A stretch of 64,000 bases of DNA from a bacterium (GCA_965205865.1 CBDBHR010000029.1:160001-224000), one strand, 5' to 3'. Counted from the stretch's first letter, positions 1 to 10,442 are shown. Program-made: numbers and translations. Notes: generated by a model not told the origin, from the sequence alone.

Positions 1-369
1 GCCTGAACTTTGCGATTGGCACCGCAGAAAAACTCGACAGAATAGACAAATTTTCTAAAAATCAACCATTCTATACAAAAAGGCATCCCCTCACCAAATT
101 GAGCTCAGCGCCGGGTGTAATCAAAGGAGGTAATCCCTTCTTTCCAACTCACTTGACGCGTTTTTCTGCGATCCCCCGTAAAAGTAGAGTCTGCCGTCTC
201 TACCAGAGGCACCATATACTTTGAGCATATGTCCAGCTATTTCTCTCTGCCCCTCACTTTTAATTACACCCGTTGGAATAAGAAATCTTGCATTATGAGA
301 GTAACCCGATTATCTTTCATGATTGCGCAAAAAACCTGTCGATCAATGCCTTTTACCGCATCAGAAAAA

Positions 370-1302
370 ATGGAATCAACCGTCATTCAAGTGAAACAAG
401 TGAATAAGAGTTTTGGTTCGCTGAAGGCCATCAAAGACTTCAACTTTGAAGTTCAAAAATACTCTTGTTTTGGATTTTTAGGACCCAATGGAGCGGGAAA
501 GACTACACTCATTAAAATACTATATGGTAAATCATTCCCCGATAAAAATCATGCTGGCAGTGTCAGAGTTTTTGGACTGGACCCTCAAAAAGAAAGCTTG
601 AAAGTCAGGTCCCTCTCCAGTGTGGTGCCCCAGGAAGATAACTTGGACGGTGAACTGAATGTTGCTGAGAATCTCGTGGTTTATGCAAAATTCTATGGAA
701 TTCCGCACAGACAAGCAAAAATCAGGATCGAAGAACTCTTGGATTTCATGGAGCTGTCGGAAAAGCAAGAATCCCGAGTGATGGAGCTTTCGGGAGGAAT
801 GAAACGCCGCCTCTCTATTGCCCGAGCGCTCTTGCACCAACCCAAGCTGTTGATACTGGATGAGCCGACTACGGGGTTGGACCCTCAAGTACGGCATTTG
901 ATATGGGCCAAATTGAGGCAATTGAAAGCCCAGGGAACCACCATTCTCTTGTCAACGCACTATATGGAAGAAGCATTTCAAATCTGTGATCGCGTCATCA
1001 TTATGGATAAAGGACAAAAAATGATGGAAGGGGCGCCTCAAAAATTGCTCGAAGAACACGTGGAACAATATGTCATAGAAACATTAAAATTTGATCAAAG
1101 CCAATACGCGTCGCTGGCATTCGATCAAGAGCGGATTCGAAAAGACGACTCCCACCAGTTACCCGTTTATTATTCCAATGATTTGAATGCTCTGAAAGCA
1201 CTGGAGAATCATTTGATTCCGGGAAATTATCACCTGCGACAATCCAATTTGGAAGATTTATTTCTCAAAACGACAGGAAGGAATATCAATGCGCAACAAT
1301 AA
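370..1302 (+). CDS. ABC transporter ATP-binding protein (NodI/DrrA-like exporter)
   Basis: Walker A GPNGAGKT, signature LSGGMKRR, Walker B LILDEPTTGLDP. Start set at ATG 370 (MESTVIQVKQV) rather than 229. Confidence 0.9.
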   Translation: MESTVIQVKQVNKSFGSLKAIKDFNFEVQKYSCFGFLGPNGAGKTTLIKILYGKSFPDKNHAGSVRVFGLDPQKESLKVRSLSSVVPQEDNLDGELNVAENLVVYAKFYGIPHRQAKIRIEELLDFMELSEKQESRVMELSGGMKRRLSIARALLHQPKLLILDEPTTGLDPQVRHLIWAKLRQLKAQGTTILLSTHYMEEAFQICDRVIIMDKGQKMMEGAPQKLLEEHVEQYVIETLKFDQSQYASLAFDQERIRKDDSHQLPVYYSNDLNALKALENHLIPGNYHLRQSNLEDLFLKTTGRNINAQQ

Positions 1303-2065
1303 TCCTCCTTCGCTGTTTTCGAGGATATTCAGTGTCTGGTATCGTCATGCCTTGGTATACAGTCGATATCTTTTCAGTAATGCATTTCCGGTTTTGATAG
1401 ATCCTTTGATTTTCCTGGGCGGTCTCGGATTAGGGCTTGGATCTTATATCGTGATGAAAAATGGTGATTCCTATATCGAATTCCTGGTTCCTGGTATGAT
1501 CCTCGCTCCAGCAATGTTTTCCGCCGCATTTGAATGTACTTACGGTACTTTTTCCCGTATGGAATTTCAAAAACTCTATGATGGCATGCTGGGAACTCCT
1601 TTAACTGTCAACAACATTTTGGTGGGGGAACTCCTCTGGATCGGCACAAAGGGAATGTTTATTTCATTCATAATTGTGATCGTTCTTGTTTTACTGGGAA
1701 TCGTGCCCTTTTCTTCTTATTTTTTTACGCCCTTGGTTGGCTTTTTTACAGGGATTTTGTTCGGTTCCGTCACCCTGTTATATACTTCCTATGTCAAAAC
1801 CCTCAATCATCTCAATTTTGTGATGACTGGTATTATCTCTATTTTTATGCTTTCAGGGGTGTTCTTCCCGCTCGATGACGTGCCACAATTCATTCGTCTT
1901 TTGGCAGAAATATCGCCCTTGACTCACCCGGTTCGATGGGTGCGCGCCCTCATATCGGGGGAATTCGAGTTTTATTTAATTTGGGGCCTCTTGTATTGTC
2001 TCCTCGTCATTGGAGTGACAAGTGCTCTTGCCACCAAACGCTTTAGCAGACGATGGATTGTTTAG
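1289..2065 (+). CDS. ABC-2 type permease (NodJ-like)
   Basis: About 6 hydrophobic segments, YIEFLVPG and LSGVFFP...SPLTH motifs; overlaps the upstream ATPase gene. Confidence 0.88.
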   Translation: MRNNNPPSLFSRIFSVWYRHALVYSRYLFSNAFPVLIDPLIFLGGLGLGLGSYIVMKNGDSYIEFLVPGMILAPAMFSAAFECTYGTFSRMEFQKLYDGMLGTPLTVNNILVGELLWIGTKGMFISFIIVIVLVLLGIVPFSSYFFTPLVGFFTGILFGSVTLLYTSYVKTLNHLNFVMTGIISIFMLSGVFFPLDDVPQFIRLLAEISPLTHPVRWVRALISGEFEFYLIWGLLYCLLVIGVTSALATKRFSRRWIV

Positions 2066-2223
2066 ATGATCTTGTTGTCACTCGTGTTAAAGGGAGAAAG
2101 CATTTGTGATTTATTGACCATTGCTGCGAATCCGATGCCTTTTTTATCGGAAATTCTTGGCTCACTTCACCCATTCTAAGGAACAAAATTTTAATAACCT
2201 GTAATTATTACAATGGTGTGAGC

Positions 2224-2300
2224 AAAATTGGGGGACATGTACACCGCTGCGCATCCCAACTCTACTGTTATATGCCTGCTGTTACGTGTCCCCTAATTTT
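2224..2300. repeat. Imperfect 17-bp inverted repeat (REP/MITE-like palindrome)
   Basis: AAAATTGGGGGACATGT (2224-2240) vs ACGTGTCCCCTAATTTT (2284-2300); 15/17 complementary. Confidence 0.6.
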
Positions 2301-2353
2301 GCGTATCCATACTTCTAACTTATTTAAATTTCATTCCTAAGCTTGCAAATGAA

Positions 2354-3382
2354 ATGATTGATGTTGCAATTATCGGAGCAGCGGGTTTATCCGGTTTGGA
2401 ATTGATTCCGTTATTGGACAATCACCCTCGAGCCAACCTGAAATTACTCACTTCAGGGAGATATGCCGGGCAACCTTTGTCTGAAAACTTTCCTCGGTTT
2501 GCGGGCTCTGATCATGTTTTTTCCGAACATGACGCAGATGCTACGGCATGTGATGTCGCCTTTTTGGCCATTCCCGACAAAGCCAGTCTCGAGACAGTTC
2601 CGCGACTGTTGAGTCAGGGAGTACGAGTAGTGGACTTGTCCGGTGTTTATCGGCTGCGGGACGTGTCGGTCTTTGAACAATTTTATAATCTCAAGCACAC
2701 CTCACCAACATTGCTCAGCGAAGCGGTCTTTGGGCTGCCTGAATATTTCAAGGACCAAATCGCCAAGGCTCGCCTGGTAGCCAATCCGGGGTGCTATCCC
2801 ACGGGAGCGCTGCTGGGTCTCCTTCCTTTTGGCAACCTTTTGGATGCCTTGGACTGCCCACCGGTGATTGATGCGAAGTCAGGAGTGAGCGGAGCAGGAG
2901 GAAGAGTGGAAGACGAGATGACCAATTTCGTCAGTGTCAATGAAAATTTCAAAGCCTATAAAGTATTTCAGCATCAACATCTCCCTGAAATCCAGCAATA
3001 TTTGGAGGATTGCGCACCTTATGGCGCCTGTCGACAAGGCGCAGTGTTGTTCACGGCACATTTGCTGCCTCTCAACCGAGGCATTTTGTGCACCATTTAT
3101 CTGCACTTCAACAATGCGCTTTCCGTAGAGCAAGTGCGGCACCATTTTGAAGCCACAGCGCGAGAGCATCCTTTTTTTCATGTATTGCCACGAGGTCGAT
3201 TTCCTGAATTGAACATGGTCCGTCATTCAAACCGTTGTCTGGTGGGACTGGATTGTGATGGATCTAACAAAAGCTGGATCGTTATCACCGCCATTGACAA
3301 TCTGGTCAAAGGAGCGGCCGGGCAAGCGATTCAAAACATGAACCTGATGTTCGGTTTCGAGGAAACAAGCGGTCTGGTATAG
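2354..3382 (+). CDS. argC: N-acetyl-gamma-glutamyl-phosphate reductase
   Basis: N-terminal Rossmann motif, VANPGCYPT active site, DAKSGVSGAG, IDNLVKGAAGQAIQNMN. Confidence 0.97.
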   Translation: MIDVAIIGAAGLSGLELIPLLDNHPRANLKLLTSGRYAGQPLSENFPRFAGSDHVFSEHDADATACDVAFLAIPDKASLETVPRLLSQGVRVVDLSGVYRLRDVSVFEQFYNLKHTSPTLLSEAVFGLPEYFKDQIAKARLVANPGCYPTGALLGLLPFGNLLDALDCPPVIDAKSGVSGAGGRVEDEMTNFVSVNENFKAYKVFQHQHLPEIQQYLEDCAPYGACRQGAVLFTAHLLPLNRGILCTIYLHFNNALSVEQVRHHFEATAREHPFFHVLPRGRFPELNMVRHSNRCLVGLDCDGSNKSWIVITAIDNLVKGAAGQAIQNMNLMFGFEETSGLV

Positions 3383-3438
3383 GATAGGAAGTCCAAGGGT
3401 GACATCTTGATTGTCCCTCGCATCTCAGATGAGTAGAT

Positions 3439-4329
3439 CTATGTTGTTCCTTCCGTGGTCCTTGAAACCTCCGATAGCATTTCACGGTGGTCCGGTCCTG
3501 TGAGGGTCTCGAAATAACACATCTCCTTCAATCTTGAATAGATGCGTTCCCCAACCCGTTTACGCAGGGTGTCGGCAACGTATCTTTCTTCTTCTCCTCT
3601 ATTTTTGGAAAGGAGACGTTCTTTGATGGTCGTTTCTTCTTTTTCGGTATGATTGGAAGTCACCATGATTCGATTGTTGCTGTTGTAACGTTCCGTGATG
3701 AGGGTATCCAGGATGTTTAATTCCCATTCGGTATTGCGACCCTTGCCCAGATCGTCAATAATCAGGAAATCTGCTTCCAGTAAGGGGGCAATGGTTTCCA
3801 TTTCTGATTTTCCGGTAGCATATCCTTCTTTCAATTCGGAAAGCAGCTTGTCGAAGGGACGGAACATGCAGGAAATGCCGTGATTGATCGTACACTGGTA
3901 GACAAAACCGGCCATCAGATAAGTTTTTCCCGTTCCGGGAGCCCCCATCAGGACCAATCCATTGTGGCGCACTGCGGATTGTTCAGGATTCGCTTTTATT
4001 CTGATGATTGAGGTCAGCATATTGTAGATTTTGCCGTTGTGTTTATCTTTTTCAGTGCGGTCGAGCCGGCCCAAACCATAATTTTTAGGGATGCGGGCCC
4101 GGTTATATAAGTGGATGTGCCGCAGGCGTCCCTCACATTCGGGACAGGAAACCGCTATTTCACGCCCCAGACCGTCTTGTTCCAGACAGAAGCGCGTATC
4201 GCCACAGGCGGGACAAGGGGAAGGAAAACACCGGCAAAATTCAGCTTGAGCATAATCTCCTGAAATGGGATCAATCACGATTCGATTGTCATGACAATGA
4301 CTGCAGGATTGGTTTTGTTTTTTTCGCAT
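3439..4329 (-). CDS. DnaC/IstB-like AAA+ ATPase with N-terminal Cys-rich Zn-binding region
   Basis: GAPGTGKT, LIIDDLG, TSN, RIYSRL; N-terminal CSHC, CRC, CPAC, CPEC. Start set at ATG 4329. Confidence 0.8.
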   Translation of the reverse strand: MRKKQNQSCSHCHDNRIVIDPISGDYAQAEFCRCFPSPCPACGDTRFCLEQDGLGREIAVSCPECEGRLRHIHLYNRARIPKNYGLGRLDRTEKDKHNGKIYNMLTSIIRIKANPEQSAVRHNGLVLMGAPGTGKTYLMAGFVYQCTINHGISCMFRPFDKLLSELKEGYATGKSEMETIAPLLEADFLIIDDLGKGRNTEWELNILDTLITERYNSNNRIMVTSNHTEKEETTIKERLLSKNRGEEERYVADTLRKRVGERIYSRLKEMCYFETLTGPDHREMLSEVSRTTEGTT

Positions 4330-4370
4330 TTTCGGTTTTCGCAATGAATAAATTGGATAGGCTTTCTCCG

Positions 4371-5456
4371 ATGAAAACACGCTTTCCGCTTCCCAAATTG
4401 AAAAACGACTTGTTGTTGCGTGTGATCAACCACCTTCCGGTGGAACGGGTACCGGTCTGGATGATGCGTCAGGCCGGACGAACCGACCCCCTATACCGGA
4501 AAATTCGGGAAACAGACAGCCGCCCTTTGGAAATTCTCTTTCGGGATGTGTCGCGTGCTGTTGAAATTTCACTGTTGCCTCAACGGCTTGGAGTAGATGC
4601 AATTATCATGTTTCAAGATATCTTGACACCCTTGATCCCCATGGGTGCCAGATTTTATTTTCAACCAGGACCTATCTTGGATAAACCAATACGAAACAAA
4701 TCGCAAATTTTAGCCTTGAGACACCTGGATCCTCCTCGCGACGTGCCTTTTGTTGGTACGCTCATCCGGGGAATAACTCGGCATTTGCAGCAGGCGCTAC
4801 CCATTCTGGGTTTTTCCGGATCTCCCACCACCCTGGCCTTTTTTATGTGTGCGGGAAAGAGTCCGGGAAAAAACTATAGCACGATCTTTCGATTCATAGA
4901 AGAACAGCCAGCTGTTTTTCAACAATTGTTAGAGGTGCTCACAACGATGACCATCGACTATCTCAATTATCAAATTGAATGCGGAGTCCACGCGGTGCAA
5001 TTGTTTGAATCCTTTGGCGACGTAATTCCACGAAAAATTTATGAAGAATTTGTTCAACCCACCCACGAACGTATTTTTTCAGAACTGCATTCACGAGTTC
5101 CGTCCATTCTCTTTGTCAAGGAAAGTGAATATCTGGATTTGATGCTAAAAAGCGGGGCTAAGGTGTTGAGTGTCGGAAGAGTCATCAATCTGAAGAATGC
5201 CCTGCAGACAGCACCCGGCGACGTTGTTTTTCAAGGGAATGTGGACAACCGCGTGCTCTTGGAAGGAGACCACGATGCAATCACAAAGGCCGTGCAAACA
5301 TGCTATGAGCAAACGGGGAAACAGCGATTGATTCTCAACTTAAACCATGGCTTGCTGGCTGACACGCCATTTGAAAATGTGCGACATTTCGTCCGGGTTG
5401 CTCATTCGTATGGCAAGATCAACGATCCTGTACTTGATCCAACAGCAAAACTTTGA
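4371..5456 (+). CDS. hemE: Uroporphyrinogen decarboxylase
   Basis: PVWMMRQAGR signature, DAIIMFQDIL, QGNVD, LNLNHG. Start approximate. Confidence 0.93.
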   Translation: MKTRFPLPKLKNDLLLRVINHLPVERVPVWMMRQAGRTDPLYRKIRETDSRPLEILFRDVSRAVEISLLPQRLGVDAIIMFQDILTPLIPMGARFYFQPGPILDKPIRNKSQILALRHLDPPRDVPFVGTLIRGITRHLQQALPILGFSGSPTTLAFFMCAGKSPGKNYSTIFRFIEEQPAVFQQLLEVLTTMTIDYLNYQIECGVHAVQLFESFGDVIPRKIYEEFVQPTHERIFSELHSRVPSILFVKESEYLDLMLKSGAKVLSVGRVINLKNALQTAPGDVVFQGNVDNRVLLEGDHDAITKAVQTCYEQTGKQRLILNLNHGLLADTPFENVRHFVRVAHSYGKINDPVLDPTAKL

Positions 5457-5513
5457 TTTGTAGAACCGTCCTATTGGCGACAATTGCGGCATTCAACTTT
5501 GATTGCATTTCAG

Positions 5514-6365
5514 TCAGGAAGACGTGATCGACGCAATTTCGTCAAGGATTCCCTGGATTTTTTTGTTCGCATGCTGACGCTGCTGTGGTGTCAGCAACTT
5601 GTCAATGGCTAAGATCATCGCTTTGACATGCTTGTGAGCATCCAGAACGACTTGACGGTATTCCGGAGGATAGCCGGCTTCCAGATCAAGATACCATTTG
5701 AGCAGTTGAGCTTCGATGGTTGCCGCATCACTGTCAGAGCGCAACAAGGCGGCGAATTCCCTTTGCCGTTGCAGACGGAATTTTATACGAGATTCCTGTA
5801 TATCCGGCAATGACCGGCTCAAATGAGTGATTTGCCTTTTTTGATCTGCTGTCAGTCTGCCAAACCACTCCTCAACGAAATCAATGATTTTTTTTGCCTG
5901 ATTTTGCAAGCGTTTTTCAGGGGATTGTTCCAGGCGGTGCTGGTCTGTTTTGTTCAGTTTTGCCAGGTAAGATTCCAGATAAAGAATTTGATCTTCCTTT
6001 AACTGTGCCAGGAAAAAAGCGGAATCCACCGCTATCTGTTGGACGATATTTTTGCGCAACCGATAGATATTCTCATAAACCCAATCAATTTCGGAGGCTG
6101 TCAATCCATCCTGTCCTTTTTGCTGTAATTGCCGCAAAAATGTGGCGTAGACAGGAAGTTCGTGCCGTCTGTGCCAGAGCAATTGTTCTTCAATCTTTTC
6201 ATCTAAAAAAGCTCTTTGCTGAAAATCGAGATCAAAATAGTCATCAATCGACCAGATCAGCATCCAGTCCGCATACTGGTACATCAATTTCAGAGAACAC
6301 GCGCATAACAGCAGTATCGCCAGGAATAAAGGAACCATTCGCATCCGATACGTTACATTCGCCAT
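5514..6365 (-). CDS. Predicted helical lipoprotein (DUF6279-like)
   Basis: Lipobox-like LLLCAC, then YQYADW...DDYFDL...WHRRHELPVY and LTPQQRQH; start uncertain (6365-6389). Confidence 0.7.
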   Translation of the reverse strand: MANVTYRMRMVPLFLAILLLCACSLKLMYQYADWMLIWSIDDYFDLDFQQRAFLDEKIEEQLLWHRRHELPVYATFLRQLQQKGQDGLTASEIDWVYENIYRLRKNIVQQIAVDSAFFLAQLKEDQILYLESYLAKLNKTDQHRLEQSPEKRLQNQAKKIIDFVEEWFGRLTADQKRQITHLSRSLPDIQESRIKFRLQRQREFAALLRSDSDAATIEAQLLKWYLDLEAGYPPEYRQVVLDAHKHVKAMILAIDKLLTPQQRQHANKKIQGILDEIASITSS

Positions 6366-6449
6366 CCTTGCCTTACCCTTTTTTAACATAAAATCTCAAA
6401 AAGCAGACATGCCTTTCCTGTTGATCAAGAGAAAAAATCGGCATTTGTC

Positions 6450-6914
6450 TCAACTGTCTTTAATTAATTTCGGCCAGTTACGGTCGCCATTCAAAATGTT
6501 TCCCGGAACGTCTTGCAACCATTTTTTTTGAATCCCCTTACTATAATTCAGATACAACTTCCTCTCGTGTATGTGCCAGGCTTCGGGATCAATACTGGCA
6601 GTGTATCCCTGACTGACCGCCCATGCGCAATATCCTCCATACTGGGGAGCGTAGCTTTCGGGGGATTGCATGAACGCATCCAGGTTTTCTTGCGAGGCAA
6701 AATACCATTTGGCTCCCTTCCATTCATACTGAAAATCAGAATCACCCTCGACAGGTTGGCCTTCTTTGAAATAAGCAACCGGATCGTATCCCCGGATGGC
6801 TTGCCCGAAAAAATTAGTAAAGATTGGGTCCAGTGCAAAAACCGGAGTCGTTTGAAAGAAAAACAATAAAGAGAAACTAATAAAGATAAAACTGGATCGC
6901 ATGAGCTTTTTCAT
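6450..6914 (-). CDS. Secreted YHS-domain-like protein
   Basis: Signal peptide; AIRGYDPVAYF, YAPQYGGYCAWAV, LYLNYS motifs. Confidence 0.85.
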   Translation of the reverse strand: MKKLMRSSFIFISFSLLFFFQTTPVFALDPIFTNFFGQAIRGYDPVAYFKEGQPVEGDSDFQYEWKGAKWYFASQENLDAFMQSPESYAPQYGGYCAWAVSQGYTASIDPEAWHIHERKLYLNYSKGIQKKWLQDVPGNILNGDRNWPKLIKDS

Positions 6915-6965
6915 GAGGCCCTCCTCTCGATTGACAAGAACGATTGATAACGATGCTGTATGTGA

Positions 6966-7523
6966 CTAAACGTCATTGATGACTTGATACGTGGTTTGAA
7001 CAAAGCCATTGGGAAAATTCTTGGTTCCCAGATGGCGCAATGGCAACTCTTTCATTAAGAAACCGAAGAGTGGAATCCCATCTCCCAATAAAACCGGAAG
7101 TTGGGTGATAGTGAGTTTGTGGATCAGCCTGGCCTGCAAAAATCGCTGAATGGTAATACCTCCATCGATATAGAGGTGTTTGGCTCCCTCGGCGGCAAGC
7201 TTGGAGACAAGGACTTCCGGGTTAAGGTTTTCCAGTCTGATTTTGTCTTGCAATGCTTTTGGAATCTCGAGGGTCTGGCTGGAAAGGACGATAACAGGCG
7301 TATCTTCATAAGGCCATGTCTCGAATGTAAGAATTTTTTCGAAACTGTTGCGCCCCATGACCAAAGCGTCTACCGATTCAATGAACGACTTATAACCGAA
7401 ATCATCTTCCTCTGCAGCATATTCCGCTTTGCGCAGCCAATCGACTCCGCCGTCCGTCCTGGCGATAAACCCATCGACGCTCGTGGCGACGTAAACCGAA
7501 CATTTGACGTTCATCACTTCCAT
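6966..7523 (-). CDS. Dihydrofolate reductase / RibD C-terminal family protein
   Basis: ATSVDGFIA, MGRNSFE, YIDGG, PVLLGDGIPLF; RBS GGAAGG. Confidence 0.88.
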   Translation of the reverse strand: MEVMNVKCSVYVATSVDGFIARTDGGVDWLRKAEYAAEEDDFGYKSFIESVDALVMGRNSFEKILTFETWPYEDTPVIVLSSQTLEIPKALQDKIRLENLNPEVLVSKLAAEGAKHLYIDGGITIQRFLQARLIHKLTITQLPVLLGDGIPLFGFLMKELPLRHLGTKNFPNGFVQTTYQVINDV

Positions 7524-7680
7524 GACCTTCCATTTTCGGCAAGGGCGCTTCCTTGCTTCGCTTCAAAATGAATTGATCCCCTTCATCCGTATGGATCACT
7601 TTCCATACTGTATGTTTTCCCTGCAAGATACCAGCCATAAAATTATTGACCGGGAACACAATCACAATCCGCATAGACAT

Positions 7681-8439
7681 TCAAATACCGTCCTCACGCA
7701 GCTTCACAAGATCATCATCCGGACCGTAACGGTGGATTTCCAGACGAAGCGAGAAAGATGCCACCTGCTCGGCCGGGATGTGGGCCAGGCGGAATGGAAA
7801 GATGCTCGGACCGTCGAGCAAGTCCGTTATGGCGGCCGAACCGTTCGCACGGGCGTGGAGAGACGCCTCCACCAGCCAGGCAATGAGACGGGGTTGCTCG
7901 AGCGGGTATTGATCCCCTTGGGCATAGACGCCTCTTTTACGCGTATCGTTCAAAACGCCCCAATCTATGAATGATCGCAGAACGCGTTGGGTGGCCCGAG
8001 ATGCGGTTTCCCGCTCTCCGTATTGTTCCTTGACCCGTCGCTGAACCTGCGACGCCTTGGCTGTTCCCTGAAGCCGCAAGAGCCTGCCGGCGTACAGGGC
8101 GACCGCACCCCAAAAGGGGTAGGCCGCCTGCGTCATGCCCCAGTGAACGGCAATTCGGTCTCTACGAGGAAGTCCCCGCAATATTTCCAAACCATCGTCC
8201 CGCAGTTTCTCCAATTCGTGAGGGACGGTGAGCCAGGTCTTCAACAGGATGGTAATTACTTTTTCCCTGTTGCACCTGCCGGACTCACTACCGACTGAAA
8301 TTTTATCTCGCAACAGATCCCGGAGTGATTCGCTGATGATGAGCCTGTTGTTTCCGGCAAGTATCAGATTGACTGTCTGTTCGAACCACTCGAGTCGGAC
8401 TCGCTGGCTGAAGCCGATCCGAGTATCCCGTCTGTTCAC
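7681..8439 (-). CDS. BREX-3 terminal gene, BrxA-like
   Basis: GTG start at 8439 overlaps the pglZ stop (GTGA), RBS AAGGAGGAA. Position after pglZ matches BREX type 3 order. HWGM...YPFW and RVLRSFIDWGVL motifs. Confidence 0.65.
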   Translation of the reverse strand: MNRRDTRIGFSQRVRLEWFEQTVNLILAGNNRLIISESLRDLLRDKISVGSESGRCNREKVITILLKTWLTVPHELEKLRDDGLEILRGLPRRDRIAVHWGMTQAAYPFWGAVALYAGRLLRLQGTAKASQVQRRVKEQYGERETASRATQRVLRSFIDWGVLNDTRKRGVYAQGDQYPLEQPRLIAWLVEASLHARANGSAAITDLLDGPSIFPFRLAHIPAEQVASFSLRLEIHRYGPDDDLVKLREDGI

Positions 8440-10442
8440 GTGTTCCTCCTTTCTACCTGAACCAGAGGGACGACGAGTTCTTCGAGAGTCGCGCCACCGT
8501 GGCCGACAAGGCGTTTGCTCGTCTGCGTAAATGCCAGGCGGCCAGGAGCCAATAGGGGCAAATAGTCTTCCGGTAGTCCAACCGTTGGCCATTCCAAAGC
8601 ATCCGGGAATCGTTTTTTGATTTGACCACGCAGTAAAGAATCGGAATAAATACGAACTCGTTCGCCGCGCAAATCCGCAACCGCCCCTTCAGCGGGACGA
8701 CCACATCCGGAGGCTTCGATATTTCCGTGATCGGAGGTCAGGCAGACATGGAATCCATTATCCAAAAGCGAATCGACGAGGCGCGCCATGAACGGCTGTC
8801 CGGCCCACTGTCGTACCTGGTTGCGCATGCCTGCTGCTCCCAGTTCCATACCGTGCATGATCTTGTCGATTTTGTCGACGACGAGTGCGACAACGCGCGT
8901 TTTGGGGCGGGTAATTATCTCCTCCACGCTACCCAAGGTACCGTCTCCCAGTCCCTTGACGTAGGCAACCTCCTGCTGTGACAACCCCTGGTCCGCCCAA
9001 AACTGCGTCCACAGAGCGGGTTCCTTGTCGGTGGTATGGATACTGTTCGGAAAGTAGATGGGTGGTTTTCCTGCAAAGGCAGCTTGTCGTGAAACGGAAG
9101 TGATTGTCGGTATCCAGGCGAAAACCGCGTTTTCACGGAATCGGACCCCCGGACGTTGTTTGACGAGTTCCTGGCGTATGACGATCCACTGGTGCAAGGC
9201 AAGGCCGTCGATCAAGACCAACGCCGCTTTGCGTCCCCCGACTTCGTTGACGTGCCGTGCGAGATGACGCGGGATGTGATGGAGCATTACCGGTGGCACC
9301 GGAGGCAGATTGATCAATCCTGCGTAGCGCTTGGCCAACCAGGGTACGAAGGCAGCATCGATTTGCGCTTGCAACGTTTCCATCTTCCGCTCGGCTGGTT
9401 CCGGCAACGTGGTTTCCGGATCCGGAACGAGAGCCACCAACTCGGCCCAGTTTCTGGCAAAGTGAAACCAGTCTTCGTGCCTCGCGTCCTCCTTGGGAAT
9501 GTTGGACTCCAAGGCGTCGAGGAGCCCATTGACGCGTCGAGTCCGGTCTGCCTGCTCGTCCGTTCGGATGCCAATGAGCAGCCAGGACTTCGACCAGGAT
9601 TCAGCCTGTTCATGGGGAACGGCTTGCAGCAGTCCTTCCAGGAACAGGTTGTCAACGTAGATACGAACGTCATCGTGGTCGAAAGGCAAATCCGAGGGAC
9701 CGGGAAGTTCAAAACCATAGACTTTCTCCTTTTCATGGACGCCCGTGCCATCCTGATTCGCCAACTGCTCGAGAAAGACGGGCCAGCGTTCCTGGAGGAA
9801 GGCGAAAAAAGCTTCCCGCTCCGGGATGATCGTTTCCAGGGGCCAATCGTCAAAACTTCCTTGTTTACGGAGAACCCCTACAAAGCGTTCATCGAGCGAA
9901 GCCGGGATTCGCTGTTCCCGGTAATGGCGACGCAGCAGCACGCGCAGCAGATCGGACGGCTTTTTGATGAGATCCGGCTCAATTTCGAAAACATGGCGCA
10001 GAATGAAATCTTTAGTCGCGTTGTCACCCAAAACAGCAGGCGTATGCCGCTGCTGCGCTTCGTAGAGCGCGTCCAGGTCTCCACGGTCGAGGGCGGTTAC
10101 AATGGGATAGCTCAGATTAGGAAATATCTCTCCAAGGTTGAAAGACAACTGGCGTCCGGCTTGCAGCAGGTCGTATGGTAAAGAACCAAGGTCACCGGCT
10201 GCGGAGCGCAGCACGACCCCCCGCTCCGTTTGCTCATCCCGGTCCCAGCGGACACGGAATGCGGACTCGTAGGCATAGCGGAATATGATATGATCCTCGA
10301 ACGGGATCAGTTCGAAACCCCGCTGCCGTATGTCGGCAAGAACGTCTTCCTCCGGAAGCAAACCGTCCGGGTCGGCAACCACGGTCAGCCGGGACTCATT
10401 GGCAGTGAACTCCCTGAGAATCGAGTCGCGCCAATTACTCAT
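8436..10442 (-). CDS. pglZ: BREX-3 alkaline-phosphatase-family protein PglZ
   Basis: N-terminus MSNWRDSILREF...VADPDGLL; PglZ core motifs LIDGL, PTITSVSRQAAFAG, TSDHG, HGGATLEE. Confidence 0.92.
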   Translation of the reverse strand: MSNWRDSILREFTANESRLTVVADPDGLLPEEDVLADIRQRGFELIPFEDHIIFRYAYESAFRVRWDRDEQTERGVVLRSAAGDLGSLPYDLLQAGRQLSFNLGEIFPNLSYPIVTALDRGDLDALYEAQQRHTPAVLGDNATKDFILRHVFEIEPDLIKKPSDLLRVLLRRHYREQRIPASLDERFVGVLRKQGSFDDWPLETIIPEREAFFAFLQERWPVFLEQLANQDGTGVHEKEKVYGFELPGPSDLPFDHDDVRIYVDNLFLEGLLQAVPHEQAESWSKSWLLIGIRTDEQADRTRRVNGLLDALESNIPKEDARHEDWFHFARNWAELVALVPDPETTLPEPAERKMETLQAQIDAAFVPWLAKRYAGLINLPPVPPVMLHHIPRHLARHVNEVGGRKAALVLIDGLALHQWIVIRQELVKQRPGVRFRENAVFAWIPTITSVSRQAAFAGKPPIYFPNSIHTTDKEPALWTQFWADQGLSQQEVAYVKGLGDGTLGSVEEIITRPKTRVVALVVDKIDKIMHGMELGAAGMRNQVRQWAGQPFMARLVDSLLDNGFHVCLTSDHGNIEASGCGRPAEGAVADLRGERVRIYSDSLLRGQIKKRFPDALEWPTVGLPEDYLPLLAPGRLAFTQTSKRLVGHGGATLEELVVPLVQVERRNT

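Noticed and set aside
123-136. AAAGGAGGTAATCC, matching the reverse complement of a 16S rRNA 3' end
   Set aside because: Only 14 nt; the adjacent sequence does not continue as 16S (no AGCCGCA...).
7524-7680. Search for att sites or a target duplication matching the tatA/B end
   Set aside because: No convincing direct repeat found by eye; no tRNA or integrase nearby.
8440-8592. N-terminal extension of the 7681..8592 ORF
   Set aside because: Lies inside pglZ in another frame; GTG 8439 has a strong RBS and overlaps the pglZ stop.
9156-10181. Long plus-strand ORFs (also 31712..32833, 52508..53599, 59653..60351, and minus-strand 40353..41279)
   Set aside because: Antisense shadows of well-supported genes with no recognisable motifs.
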